From: a virus
Taxonomy: Duplodnaviria > Heunggongvirae > Uroviricota > Caudoviricetes
DNA length: 64,000 nucleotides
Direction: 5' to 3' (one strand)
Virus record (IMG/VR): IMGVR_UViG_2823670853_000002
Shown piece by piece: positions 10,680 through 23,574 of this stretch. Both the position numbers and the translations under genes were made by a program. The notes beneath the pieces were generated by a model. It was not told the origin of the DNA. It did not search any database and was given only the letters and a program-made list of their open reading frames with translations. Numbering within the stretch: the stretch's first letter is position 1; every line of letters begins with the position of its first letter.

Positions 10680-10696
10680 AAATTAATTAGAGCAAT
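10680..10696 (-). promoter_or_regulatory. C1 repressor operator upstream of ssb
   Basis: Reverse strand reads ATTGCTCTAATTAATTT, 16/17 to the P1 C1 operator consensus. Confidence 0.55.
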
Positions 10697-10829
10697 AATG
10701 TATATCTTTGAAACGTAGCTAACAAGTGATTTGCATTATCCTGTGCCTTCTAAAGGGATCGAGTCAGTCGGTATTGGCTGTGAATGGGTGTTTGTCCTGG
10801 AGCGTAAAAAATTCGCTTATGAGGTCTTT

Positions 10830-11387
10830 ATGAAGGGAAAAACAGCCGCAGGAGGCGGTGCAATTTGCGCTATCGCGGTGATGATTACCATCGTGATGGG
10901 TAATGGCAATGTGCGAACCAACCAGGCGGGGCTTGAGCTGATTGGTAACGCTGAAGGTTGCCGACGTGATCCATACATGTGCCCGGCAGGGGTATGGACT
11001 GACGGGATCGGTAATACACACGGGGTAACGCCGGGTGTGCGAAAAACAGACCAGCAAATCGCCGCTGATTGGGAAAAGAATATCCTGATCGCTGAACGCT
11101 GTATTAATCAGCACTTCCGGGGCAAAGACATGCCCGATAATGCCTTCAGTGCAATGACAAGCGCGGCATTCAATATGGGATGCAATAGCTTACGGACCTA
11201 CTACAGCAAAGCGCGAGGCATGCGAGTAGAAACGTCCATCCACAAGTGGGCGCAGAAAGGGGAATGGGTGAATATGTGTAACCATCTCCCTGATTTCGTG
11301 AACAGTAACGGCGTGCCCCTGCGAGGTTTAAAGATTCGCCGTGAAAAAGAACGCCAGCTTTGCCTGACGGGACTGGTCAATGAATAA
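10830..11387 (+). CDS. lyz: SAR endolysin Lyz (lysozyme with N-terminal signal-anchor-release domain)
   Basis: 185-aa protein MKGKTAAGGGAICAIAVMITIV... followed by a lysozyme domain; matches P1 Lyz. Confidence 0.9.
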   Translation: MKGKTAAGGGAICAIAVMITIVMGNGNVRTNQAGLELIGNAEGCRRDPYMCPAGVWTDGIGNTHGVTPGVRKTDQQIAADWEKNILIAERCINQHFRGKDMPDNAFSAMTSAAFNMGCNSLRTYYSKARGMRVETSIHKWAQKGEWVNMCNHLPDFVNSNGVPLRGLKIRREKERQLCLTGLVNE

Positions 11388-11634
11388 ACTCCGGCAGCTC
11401 CGCCGACTTTCGACAATGAAGTTATCGTTGGCGGCGATAGTTTTCGACTCGATTTTCATGGCGGTATATGTGCTCAATGAGACGTGGCCACTGGAACCGC
11501 TATTGTATGCCGGGCTTCGGCTGTGCCTGACATTTTTGAGCATGGCTGCAAGATTGATGCAGCAGAAAGAAACCGCTTCAGATTGTCCACGCCGCGCGGT
11601 GCGCAAATATATGGCACGCAGGCGAAGGCGATAA
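11380..11634 (+). CDS. hypothetical membrane protein overlapping lyz stop
   Basis: 84-aa ORF with an N-terminal hydrophobic segment and Arg-rich tail; ATG overlaps the lyz stop; terminator follows. Confidence 0.3.
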   Translation: MNKLRQLRRLSTMKLSLAAIVFDSIFMAVYVLNETWPLEPLLYAGLRLCLTFLSMAARLMQQKETASDCPRRAVRKYMARRRRR

Positions 11635-11647
11635 TAGTTAACGAGAA

Positions 11648-11674
11648 CCCCGGCAGCCGCCGGGGTTATTTTTG
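11648..11674 (+). terminator. rho-independent terminator after the lyz transcription unit
   Basis: CCCCGGC-AGCC-GCCGGGG hairpin followed by TTATTTTT. Confidence 0.6.
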
Positions 11675-11678
11675 GTGG

Positions 11679-14409
<2,731 letters not shown>

Positions 14410-14475
14410 TTAATTAGAATAATTCACATCGTGTTTGAACGGAATTTAACACTAGTCACTTGTTAAGGATTACCA

Positions 14476-17400
14476 ATGAACAAGCTATCTATGGGGGTGT
14501 TTCGCTGTTCAAGTGTCAGCGAAATATTGAAATACATTAGGGCAATAACATCTCACCGAGCGCCGATTAAATACGGCGTGGAAAAGGTGGAAGGCAAAAG
14601 CTATGACCGACTGCGCCGGGAGGCGAATCAGAAGGCGATAGATTTGCTTAATTCGCTGGTGGACGGCGCGACACTGACAGATGAACAGCGCCAGATCCTG
14701 GCTGGGTACACCGGTGAAGGCGGCATTGGCGGGTCCGTCTCCGAATATTACACACCAAAGCCGATCGCTGAAGGTGTCTGGGAGATCATGAAGCTCTACG
14801 GCGCGGACGTAGGTAACACTCTGGAACCATCGGCGGGCACCGGCGTTTTTAATGAGACAAAACCGGTTGGTACGGTGATGACTGCGACTGAGATCAGCAG
14901 TGTTTCCGGTCGTATAAACCAGCTGTTACACCCGGAAGACAGCGTACAGATTTCCCCGTTCGAACAGCTGGCTGTAAGCACGCCTAACGATTCATTCGAC
15001 CATGTTGTGGGTAACGTTCCGTTCGGTGGTCGTGATAACACACGCAACATCGATAAGCCTTACGCAGAAGAAACGGACATGGGTTCTTACTTCATGCTCC
15101 GCATGCTGGACAAGATAAAGCCAGGCGGATTCATGTGCGTGATTGTGCCGCCGTCCATTGTTTCAGGTTCAAACATGAAGCGGTTACGCCTGCGCCTATC
15201 ACGGAAAGCTGAATTTCTTGGTGCTCACCGCTTGCCTACCGGTACTTTTGACGCAAACGGGACCAGTACAGTCGTTGATGTGGTGCTGATGCGCAAACAT
15301 CCGGCAGAGATGGCTGAGAAAATCCCCCTGGTGGATGAAAGCACTCTTGAATCGGCAAATGTGCTTTGGCCAACGTTTATTTCTGGCAAGTGGTTTGAAA
15401 AGGACGGTCGCCGGTTTGTTCATGGCACCCAGGAGAAGGGATTCCAGGGGCGTATTGAGGTTCGTGCCGACGGGCAGATTGATAACCAGGCTCTTAAAGC
15501 GAAGCTGATTCATCGTTTCGAAAGTCGTATCGACTGGTCTTTGCTCAATATGGCTGAACCGTCACCGACCGCAGACGTTGTTGATGAAGGGGAAATGCGC
15601 CTGATTAATGGCGTATGGCAAAAATATGCTGGTGGTCGCTGGATTGAATCTGATGCAGGGAAGGAGCTGAAGATTGATGTTGCCAGTTATGGCGCGGACA
15701 GCTGGGAGGCTCTTCAGCGTAACCTGACTACAACAGAAGGCCGTCTCGGTATGACATTTACCCAGATGGCAAATGTCCGCGATAAGTACACCACATCAAT
15801 CAGCGACGATATGGTGCAGCTGGTGGACTGGATTAACAGCCAGCCTGAAAAATACCGTGAACGCTTGTATCGCGGGGCGATGATTGGCCGGATGTTAATT
15901 GAATATCAGGACATGAAGGCCGCCGGGCATAGTGCTGAACAAATCGAACAGCAGCGCCTTTCTCTGGTATCCCGTTTGCAGGCAGAGATTGACCGTTTTG
16001 GTAACCCCGGTCGCGGTCCGATAGCGAAATTATCGGGGAGCGGTGCGCGCGCCTGGTTTGCTTTCCGTGGTGCAATTAAGCTGGATGGCACTATTTCTGA
16101 CGAGCTGACAGGAAAACTGGTTACGCATGATTCCAGCGCCAGTTATGACTCCACCAGCTATCAGGACACCCTGCGTTATCTCTACAGTGATCTCACTCGC
16201 GATCCAATCCAGCTCGATGATTTCCGCCTTGCGTTTACCGGCGAACTGCCAGCCAGTGATGACGAGTTGCTTAATTTATTGGCCAGCACCCCTGGCATTG
16301 CGGTTTCACCGTATGGCGGGATTGTTCCGTTCGCCCGCGCCACCAGCGGCGACATTAACGAGATAGTGGCACCAAAACAGGAATTCCTTGCCACACTCCC
16401 CGACGGTCCAGTAAAGAACAACGTCCTTAATCAGCTGGCAGCGATCGAAGAGAAGCGCATCAAGACGCCAGCAGAGAATATCCGCTTTAAGCTCAATAGC
16501 CGTTGGTTCGACCGTTCCGTCATTCTGGAATTTTTGCAGGAAAACGGCTATCCGGATCTTCGCTATGTGCAGTCAGTGCAGCTGGAAGGCGACGAAATGG
16601 TTTCTGACACCTATCACGGTGGTGATGGTCTGTTCGTCGGGCACCGATACGGTGTCGTCCAGCGCAAGGATAAAGAAACAGGCGAGATCCGCTACGAGTG
16701 GGACCGTAAATCAGGTGAAAACGCGACCGGGTTCCCGGCACAGCTGGAAAAGTATCTCAATGGTGCGCGTATCGGTGGCAAAGATAGCGCGACGGCGAAC
16801 GGCTACCGCGAGCAGATGGCACTGCTTGAGGACCAGTTCAATAAGTGGATCAAGACGCACGATCGCTACGATGAACTGGTTGCCAAATACAACGATGTGT
16901 TCAATAGCAATATCCCGTATGAACACTCTGGCGATCCGCTTGGGTTGAAGGGATTAAGCGGTAAGCGCCAGCCATTTGATTACCAGAATAGCGAAGTGCG
17001 CCGACTGTCCGAAGATGGGCGCGGCATCCTGGGCTTCGGCACCGGGCTGGGTAAAACTACGACCGCGCTGGCGCTTGAAGCGTTCAACTATGAGAACGGT
17101 CGCTCCACCCGTACTGCGTATGTAGTGCCTAAATCAGTGCTGGAAAACTGGTATTACGAAGCAAAAGAATTCCTGAGTGAAGAGGCATTCAGTAACTACC
17201 TGTTCGTCGGTCTTGATGTGCTGATGGATGGCGATCAGATTCGCCAGGTGCCGGTGCTCGATGAGAACGGTAAACCTGTTCTTGGTACTGATGGCACTCC
17301 AGTTATGCGCGATGCCCTAAAACTGGCAGATGAAGCCACTATCACGGCGCGGATGAACGCGATCCCGCACTCAAATTACCGTGCAGTCGTGTTTACCAAA

Positions 17401-20400
17401 GAACAATACGCCCGCATTCCGCTACGTGATGACACCGTAGATGAGCATGCACAGGATATGCTTTATGACTTCGTTGCCGCCGGGCGCGTAGCCAGCGCAA
17501 TGGACTCCGACTCCCACCGCAAAGAGGCCGCGCGTCGCCGGGTATTGTCGGAGTATTCAGATACCGGCACCGAAAAAGCAGAGAAGTATCCGTACTTTGA
17601 GGATATGGGCTTCGATAGTGTGATCGCTGACGAAGGTCACAACTACCGCAATAGCTATAAAAATGGTCGCGAAGCGTCACAACTGGCCTATCTGCCCACC
17701 AGCGCGGTGGCGCAATCGGCGCGGGATATGGCAATTAAAAACGCGTACCTGATGAAAAAGAATGGTGGGCGCGGACCGGTTCTCCTGACTGCAACGCCAG
17801 TCGTTAACACCCCGATCGATGCATACAACATGCTTTCTCATGTGCTGCCGAAGGAATACTGGCAGAAGATGGGGATCTACGGTCCTGATGACTTCGTTAA
17901 ATTCTTCGGCAAGACCAGGCTGGAAACGGTACAGAAAATCAGCGGTGAAGTTGAAGAAAAAATGGCGCTGGTGGGCTTTGAAAACCTTGATGCGCTGCGC
18001 GGCATATTCCATCGCTGGACAACGCTTAAAACGGCGGAAGACGTTAAGGATACCGTGGAGATCCCGGAACTGGACGAGCACCAGCAGGATGCACCACTTA
18101 CTGAAGAACAACTGGCGGCGTATGAAGAATTACGTCAGCAGGCGGAAGCGGCAGCAAAAGCCAACAATGGCGTAACGACCTCGGTCAATGAAGACGGCGT
18201 GATTGAGCACGAGAAAGCCCGTCCGATCTTCTCAATAATCAGGGATATGGACCGCGTATGTACTGACATGGACCTGTACTATCGCCGGATCACCTATCGT
18301 TTCCTGCCGGAGTACGCCGATGCGGTGCAGCAGCTGGCGGACAGTTTGCCTAAACAAGCCACCAGCGAAGACGACGACAGTGATGATTCAATCACGCAGC
18401 AATCGCAATACTCCCTGATAGATAAGGGCGAGTTTATTCAGTTGCAGGTTCCGGAAGCGTTCGAGCAGGAAGTGAATAAGCGCCTGGCCAGGTTTGGCAT
18501 TGACGAACAGACCGTAACTCACCCCGTTACGCCGAAATACGCGAAGCTGATCGCCACGCTGAAGGAGTTTTTCCCGGAAGGGAAGCAAATCATCTTCACC
18601 GACGAAAAAACGCAGCACCAGAAGCTCAAACGCATTATCTGCAATGCTCTTAACCTTGAACCTTCAAAGGTAGGGATCCTGAATGCTCAGACGGTTGCCG
18701 AGGCAGGTAAAACCGGTAAGAAACTGAAAGCGGTTAAACCGCCGAAAGAGTTACCGGATGAACCAACAGATGCACAGATAGCGAAATACAACGAGCAAAT
18801 GGCTCTGTATGACGCCTATATCGCGCAGCAAAATGAAATGTCGCTGGGTGGGCTGGAAAAGATTGCTGCCGACTTCCAGGAGGGCCGGACTCCGATCATC
18901 ATCTGCAACAAAAAGGCAGAGGTGGGTATCAACCTGCATCGAGGAACGACTGACATCCATCATCTGACGTTGCCATGGACACCAGCCAGTATCGCACAGC
19001 GTAACGGTCGCGGTGCCCGAGTTGGTTCCAACCGTGCAAGCGTTCGCGTTCACTACTACTGCGGCAAGGGTTCTTTCGATGAATACCGACTGAAGACGCT
19101 GAAGCGTAAAGCAGGCTGGATCTCCGATATCCTCCGCTCAGATAAGTCTGAAATGGAGAACGCCGACGCCAACGATATGATCGAAATGCAGATGTATACC
19201 GCTAAGGATGATGGCGAACGTCTGGCAATGATGCAGGTTCAAATGGATAAGGCGAAAGCCGCGCAACGCGCTCGCCAGAAAGAACAGGCTACTATCGACC
19301 TTCAGAACTACATCAAGGCGCAGCACGCAGCTGGCGAGGATGTGGAGGTACTTACCGCTGAATTAGAGCGAAGCAAAGCGGAACTTGAAAAGACCACCGC
19401 CGAGGTAGCTAAATTCAAACAGGCGGTAATGGCCAAAGCAGCTGATAACGCAGACTGGAAGGCCCGCTGGGGGAGCGTCCATCACACAGACCGTATGTTG
19501 TTAGCACAGTATCGCGCGTCGTTGAAAAACGCCATTCAGCGCAAGGCTAATATCTCTCAAGCCATCTCCCGCTATGAGAAATTATTGAACCGTACTCAGA
19601 AGGCCGCGACGGATATCAAACGCCTGCGCCCGCTGGTGGAGGATGCAATAAATAAAGGCATTCTGGATGTTGATCCTGACCTGGTTAACCATGCGAGTGA
19701 GTTCCTTGTTATCGGCGATCGCTCATGGCGTGTAGGCCAATACTACGATTGTGCCGGTGATATCGTTCGCATTAAGTCGCTGGACTTCGACAGCCAGCGC
19801 GCAGACGTGGAGATCATCTTTACCTTCAAAGGCACCAAATCGGGTAACTGGGATGTGAAGACGCTGGATAAACAGGTGGATGTAACTCCCGATGAAGATG
19901 CTGTTATGCAGAAAATCAGTGGTGGCGTCTCCATCGCCGGGATTAACGACATCATTTCCTGTGACGATTTCTACCGTTTCCAGCAGCGCGGCATGATCAA
20001 AATAACTGACTCGTACGGCGTTCAGACTACAGAGTCAGGCTATAGCATTGATTTTGTTGGTACCTATACGGACCCACTGAAGCATGCGGTTTACCCGGAT
20101 CGCCGTGACGGCGCGCTGAAGTCGTCAATTGCAAAATGGGTGCTTGGTATGATGTCGGAAGGGAATAACCGCCAGATCCGTTCGGCAGAAACATTCCTGG
20201 TTGAATTGTTTGGCTCCAATTATGGCGATGTAATCGCGTCATACGGAGATACGCTATCCCCTGAAGCAATTCAGGAGAAAATAGCGGATGCGATCGCCAG
20301 AATGCCGGAAAAAACAAGCCAGGGGGCTACTCGTAACGGGGATTCTGAACTTGAAGTCACCAATGCCATTTTCGGTACCAATGAGTTCCGGGCGTCAGAT

Positions 20401-21243
20401 TATGAGATCACCACAGCACAGTTTGGCACCATTGGCATTTACAGCAATAAAGCCGAGATCAAGCAGGCAATGGACGCAGCAAGCGCGCGCATCGCAGCAG
20501 AACGGGAAGCCAATCTGAATCATGCAGTCGCCGCGCTGACTCAATCGTGGGTAACAGCAATCAGGGAGGCCGCCACCACAGGGAAAATCACACCTGCAAT
20601 AGCGGATGTCGTAAACAACGGCTCTAAATTTATGGATGCCTATCAAATGGATGCGGTGAAGTTGCCATCAGCCTATGGTCAACTCAGCTATCGCATGACC
20701 TACAACCTGGTATCAATGTTTTCCGACCTTGCCATCCTTGGGCTGGTGGATCTTAACGAGGTTACGCCGGAATTGCTCAGCATGCGCAAGAATCATGTGG
20801 AGATATTGCAGAGAATTAACACGGTTCTTGCCGGGCGCACCGATGAAGAGAAACAGGCCGACGCTGATCGGATAAACCTAACCCTTGGCAACATCACGGA
20901 GGAAGAGATTGCCGCCAGAAACGAGAAACAAGAAGAGTTATCATCAATACAGGGTGATGCCACCAGCATAGCTCAGTCTCTTGGTCTGAATTATCGCGTA
21001 TCCACCGCCGACCTGAAGATGATGTACGCACCAAAATTCGCCGCTGGCGAGGTATTTGGGCTTCAGGAAGCCTCAGGCATGAAAGGCGTTCTTTTCCGTG
21101 CGAAAGACGCAATCAAGGCGAAATTCGGCGCTCGCTGGCTGCCAGCGAAGGCGAAGAACAGCGATTTCCCGGGTAACTGGTGGATTATCGAGACAAAACA
21201 CAACGTGGCGGACGTTCTGGCCGTCATCCAACAATACGCATAA
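14476..21243 (+). CDS. darB: DarB antirestriction protein (N6-adenine methyltransferase plus SF2 helicase domains)
   Basis: 2255-aa ORF; NVPFGG methyltransferase motif and DEGH helicase motif; size and context match P1 DarB. Confidence 0.9.
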   Translation: MNKLSMGVFRCSSVSEILKYIRAITSHRAPIKYGVEKVEGKSYDRLRREANQKAIDLLNSLVDGATLTDEQRQILAGYTGEGGIGGSVSEYYTPKPIAEGVWEIMKLYGADVGNTLEPSAGTGVFNETKPVGTVMTATEISSVSGRINQLLHPEDSVQISPFEQLAVSTPNDSFDHVVGNVPFGGRDNTRNIDKPYAEETDMGSYFMLRMLDKIKPGGFMCVIVPPSIVSGSNMKRLRLRLSRKAEFLGAHRLPTGTFDANGTSTVVDVVLMRKHPAEMAEKIPLVDESTLESANVLWPTFISGKWFEKDGRRFVHGTQEKGFQGRIEVRADGQIDNQALKAKLIHRFESRIDWSLLNMAEPSPTADVVDEGEMRLINGVWQKYAGGRWIESDAGKELKIDVASYGADSWEALQRNLTTTEGRLGMTFTQMANVRDKYTTSISDDMVQLVDWINSQPEKYRERLYRGAMIGRMLIEYQDMKAAGHSAEQIEQQRLSLVSRLQAEIDRFGNPGRGPIAKLSGSGARAWFAFRGAIKLDGTISDELTGKLVTHDSSASYDSTSYQDTLRYLYSDLTRDPIQLDDFRLAFTGELPASDDELLNLLASTPGIAVSPYGGIVPFARATSGDINEIVAPKQEFLATLPDGPVKNNVLNQLAAIEEKRIKTPAENIRFKLNSRWFDRSVILEFLQENGYPDLRYVQSVQLEGDEMVSDTYHGGDGLFVGHRYGVVQRKDKETGEIRYEWDRKSGENATGFPAQLEKYLNGARIGGKDSATANGYREQMALLEDQFNKWIKTHDRYDELVAKYNDVFNSNIPYEHSGDPLGLKGLSGKRQPFDYQNSEVRRLSEDGRGILGFGTGLGKTTTALALEAFNYENGRSTRTAYVVPKSVLENWYYEAKEFLSEEAFSNYLFVGLDVLMDGDQIRQVPVLDENGKPVLGTDGTPVMRDALKLADEATITARMNAIPHSNYRAVVFTKEQYARIPLRDDTVDEHAQDMLYDFVAAGRVASAMDSDSHRKEAARRRVLSEYSDTGTEKAEKYPYFEDMGFDSVIADEGHNYRNSYKNGREASQLAYLPTSAVAQSARDMAIKNAYLMKKNGGRGPVLLTATPVVNTPIDAYNMLSHVLPKEYWQKMGIYGPDDFVKFFGKTRLETVQKISGEVEEKMALVGFENLDALRGIFHRWTTLKTAEDVKDTVEIPELDEHQQDAPLTEEQLAAYEELRQQAEAAAKANNGVTTSVNEDGVIEHEKARPIFSIIRDMDRVCTDMDLYYRRITYRFLPEYADAVQQLADSLPKQATSEDDDSDDSITQQSQYSLIDKGEFIQLQVPEAFEQEVNKRLARFGIDEQTVTHPVTPKYAKLIATLKEFFPEGKQIIFTDEKTQHQKLKRIICNALNLEPSKVGILNAQTVAEAGKTGKKLKAVKPPKELPDEPTDAQIAKYNEQMALYDAYIAQQNEMSLGGLEKIAADFQEGRTPIIICNKKAEVGINLHRGTTDIHHLTLPWTPASIAQRNGRGARVGSNRASVRVHYYCGKGSFDEYRLKTLKRKAGWISDILRSDKSEMENADANDMIEMQMYTAKDDGERLAMMQVQMDKAKAAQRARQKEQATIDLQNYIKAQHAAGEDVEVLTAELERSKAELEKTTAEVAKFKQAVMAKAADNADWKARWGSVHHTDRMLLAQYRASLKNAIQRKANISQAISRYEKLLNRTQKAATDIKRLRPLVEDAINKGILDVDPDLVNHASEFLVIGDRSWRVGQYYDCAGDIVRIKSLDFDSQRADVEIIFTFKGTKSGNWDVKTLDKQVDVTPDEDAVMQKISGGVSIAGINDIISCDDFYRFQQRGMIKITDSYGVQTTESGYSIDFVGTYTDPLKHAVYPDRRDGALKSSIAKWVLGMMSEGNNRQIRSAETFLVELFGSNYGDVIASYGDTLSPEAIQEKIADAIARMPEKTSQGATRNGDSELEVTNAIFGTNEFRASDYEITTAQFGTIGIYSNKAEIKQAMDAASARIAAEREANLNHAVAALTQSWVTAIREAATTGKITPAIADVVNNGSKFMDAYQMDAVKLPSAYGQLSYRMTYNLVSMFSDLAILGLVDLNEVTPELLSMRKNHVEILQRINTVLAGRTDEEKQADADRINLTLGNITEEEIAARNEKQEELSSIQGDATSIAQSLGLNYRVSTADLKMMYAPKFAAGEVFGLQEASGMKGVLFRAKDAIKAKFGARWLPAKAKNSDFPGNWWIIETKHNVADVLAVIQQYA

Positions 21244-21276
21244 CAGGAGCGCCCGGTTCGCCGGGCGTCGCATAAT

Positions 21277-21717
21277 ATGGCCACACTATCTGATACAATA
21301 AAACCGAATAAAACATATCTTGAGGCGGTACTCCGTACAGCGTTGTTAGGAAAGACAGAAGACGAATACGTTGATTTCTTCCTGTCAGGGCTACGCGGGC
21401 GATTACTGAAAAATCCCCGCCTGTACCGCAGCTATGGTCCATACTGGCCGGAAATTAAAAAATTATTACTGGAGCGCGGTTATGGTAATTTCGGTCGTCT
21501 CGTTGACCGTGACGTTCGCAAAATTTACCGTTATGACCGCCCGGCGCTAACACTCATAGCCGCGACGCTCTACAGCCAGGAGCGTTTTGATAATGGTCAG
21601 ATATACTCAGCCTGGCATTTACTGCCAGTGCCTGAAGAAGTTGACGACCAGGACTATGAGTTTGAGTCTTACGATTTGGAAGTTGAAGCCTTGGCACAGG
21701 CTGGAGAGAAAACTTGA
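21277..21717 (+). CDS. ulx: Ulx
   Basis: 146-aa ORF between darB and lxc; synteny. Confidence 0.5.
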   Translation: MATLSDTIKPNKTYLEAVLRTALLGKTEDEYVDFFLSGLRGRLLKNPRLYRSYGPYWPEIKKLLLERGYGNFGRLVDRDVRKIYRYDRPALTLIAATLYSQERFDNGQIYSAWHLLPVPEEVDDQDYEFESYDLEVEALAQAGEKT

Positions 21718-21962
21718 AAAAGCGATACTACACAGTAAAGCATGGGACGCTACGAGCATTACAAGAGTTTGCTGACAAGCATAACGTTGAGGTGCGCAGG
21801 GAAGGGGGAAGTAAAGCTCTGCGCATGTACCGTCCGGACGGGAAATGGCGTACGGTCGTCGATTTCAAAACTAACAGTGTTCCCCAGGGCGTCCGCGATC
21901 GGGCATTCGAAGAATGGGAGCAGATCATCATAGATAACGCATTGCTCCTGAATGCTGATTAA
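21714..21962 (+). CDS. lxc: Lxc/Bof C1 co-repressor
   Basis: 82-aa ORF with apparent TTG start after GGAGAG, consistent with the known 82-aa Bof with TTG initiation. Confidence 0.65.
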   Translation: MKKRYYTVKHGTLRALQEFADKHNVEVRREGGSKALRMYRPDGKWRTVVDFKTNSVPQGVRDRAFEEWEQIIIDNALLLNAD

Positions 21963-22001
21963 ACTTTCCGCCCTTTTGCCCGGTCTATCGCCGGGCATCT
22001 T

Positions 22002-22643
22002 TCAGAGATAATTACCTTTACCTGTCAATTCCCCTTGTGGTACTTGTTTTTGCGCCAGTGTTTGGGTTCCGCGAATTATGTTAATCAGAGGGCTTAGTAA
22101 CGATGGTTCCTGGCGTGCCTCAACTTCTCCAGCCATTGCCCTGATGTAGTCGGAGCTTGCAACGTTGTTGTATTCCGTTGCGAAGCAGCATAACAACGTC
22201 AGAACGTGCTCTGTCGTTATTTCGCTCCAGTTGATGTTGAAAAATTCATCGCCTTTTTTATCGTGTTCGGAATCGAAGATGCTTTGGTGGAGGATGTATT
22301 TGCCGGATTCCTTGCGCGGTAACTTGATCGCTTTCTGGCGTTCCAGCTCCTTGTAAATCTGCATTGCTTCAATCAGTACCGGCCTGCCGTTCATGAAGGG
22401 ATCGCGCAACCTTACACGCTGGCCAACTCGACCAGTAATAAAGCTGTTTTCCTCTTCCACCAGCACGATAAAACCCTTTTCCTCTTTTTCTCGCAATTCG
22501 CGCAGCAGCTGGAGTTCCATATCGCGGCGGCGTTCAGGGTAGCTGGTCCGCTCAGCCATTATTAGCTCATTGTTGATCCATGCGGCAGTCATTGACGCCG
22601 GTTTGCCGACGCTCATCGAAACAACGCATATTTTCTTATCCAT
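22002..22643 (-). CDS. mat: Mat-like protein (by synteny with P1 mat)
   Basis: ORF between lxc and ref; start taken at MDKKICVV with AGGGG RBS (track start 22670). Confidence 0.45.
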   Translation of the reverse strand: MDKKICVVSMSVGKPASMTAAWINNELIMAERTSYPERRRDMELQLLRELREKEEKGFIVLVEEENSFITGRVGQRVRLRDPFMNGRPVLIEAMQIYKELERQKAIKLPRKESGKYILHQSIFDSEHDKKGDEFFNINWSEITTEHVLTLLCCFATEYNNVASSDYIRAMAGEVEARQEPSLLSPLINIIRGTQTLAQKQVPQGELTGKGNYL

Positions 22644-22831
22644 AGCGCCCCTACAAAAAAGAAAAGCCACCAGCGGCGGCTTAGCAATACAACTGAAGGT
22701 AGCGCCCGGTACTCAGACTGTGCCGTCCATGGAATATTTGAAAAGGGATCCATCCGTACCGGGCATGTGATGATTCTGACTGAAGTCACTTGTCAGTTGT
22801 CAATTATTTCAGATTAAAAATAATATATTTA

Positions 22832-23392
22832 TTAGTGCATGATGTTTGCCATCTCATAGGCGTCAGCCAGCAACTCCATCTCTGACTTGTTCAGCAAGGT
22901 GAATTCTTTCTTGCCTCCAACCACACCATCGGCATGAACAGGGACCAGCCAGGGGTATTTTTCTCTTACTTCAGCCGGTGCTGCATGCTGGTGGTGCCAT
23001 CTACAAAGGGGCAATTGCTTTTTGTGACAACCCGGCGCGGTACGACCGGAGATATGGTGCAGAGATACCTCTCCAGATATTACTCCATGCATGTAGCAGG
23101 CAATGCAGGGGAGAGCGCCAAGAGCATTGGCGATGCGCCGTTCCTCCGCCGTTGGTGTTCTCCCCTTCAAGCCACGAGATTTTATTTTTACCGCGCTTTT
23201 CCGCGTTTTGCTGGCTGGTGGGCGCTCTTTCTGTTTAGCGATACGGCGGTCGATAGAATCCCGCATTTTCTGATATTGCGATTCTCGCCAGGCGGGGTCA
23301 GCCAACTTTTCCCGTTGCCGAGCGATCGCTCGTTCTCTGGCTGCCTTCTGCCACTCGCGGCGCTGTTCAAGTTTTTGTTCGATTGTTTTCAT
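22832..23392 (-). CDS. ref: Ref recombination enhancement function (HNH endonuclease)
   Basis: 186 aa; HNH-like Cys/His cluster (CIACYMHG...HHISGR...CHKK...CRWHH); matches P1 Ref. Confidence 0.85.
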   Translation of the reverse strand: MKTIEQKLEQRREWQKAARERAIARQREKLADPAWRESQYQKMRDSIDRRIAKQKERPPASKTRKSAVKIKSRGLKGRTPTAEERRIANALGALPCIACYMHGVISGEVSLHHISGRTAPGCHKKQLPLCRWHHQHAAPAEVREKYPWLVPVHADGVVGGKKEFTLLNKSEMELLADAYEMANIMH

Positions 23393-23397
23393 ATGGC

Positions 23398-23424
23398 AAA
23401 AAAAAAGGCGGCCTAATGGCCGCC
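23398..23424 (-). terminator. hairpin plus U-run on the minus strand immediately upstream of ref start
   Basis: GGCGGCC-ATTA-GGCCGCC followed by T9 on the minus strand; may terminate read-through from the cre side or act as an attenuator. Confidence 0.45.
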
Positions 23425-23481
23425 AATGATGTCAAGGAGTTAAGTAATGGCAACGTCTTCGTAGTTGACAAAAACTGCGGC

Positions 23482-23508
23482 TTAATTATAGCAATCAATT
23501 AGAGCAAT
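23482..23508 (-). promoter_or_regulatory. tandem C1 operator-like sites upstream of ref
   Basis: ATTGCTCTAATTGATTG and overlapping ATTGCTATAATTAA on the minus strand; ref is C1-controlled in P1. Confidence 0.5.
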
Positions 23509-23574
23509 GGTAGGTATTTTGTTAATCGCGAATCACATTTTTTCACTTCAGTACCTGTGTGCTATACTCCTTCT

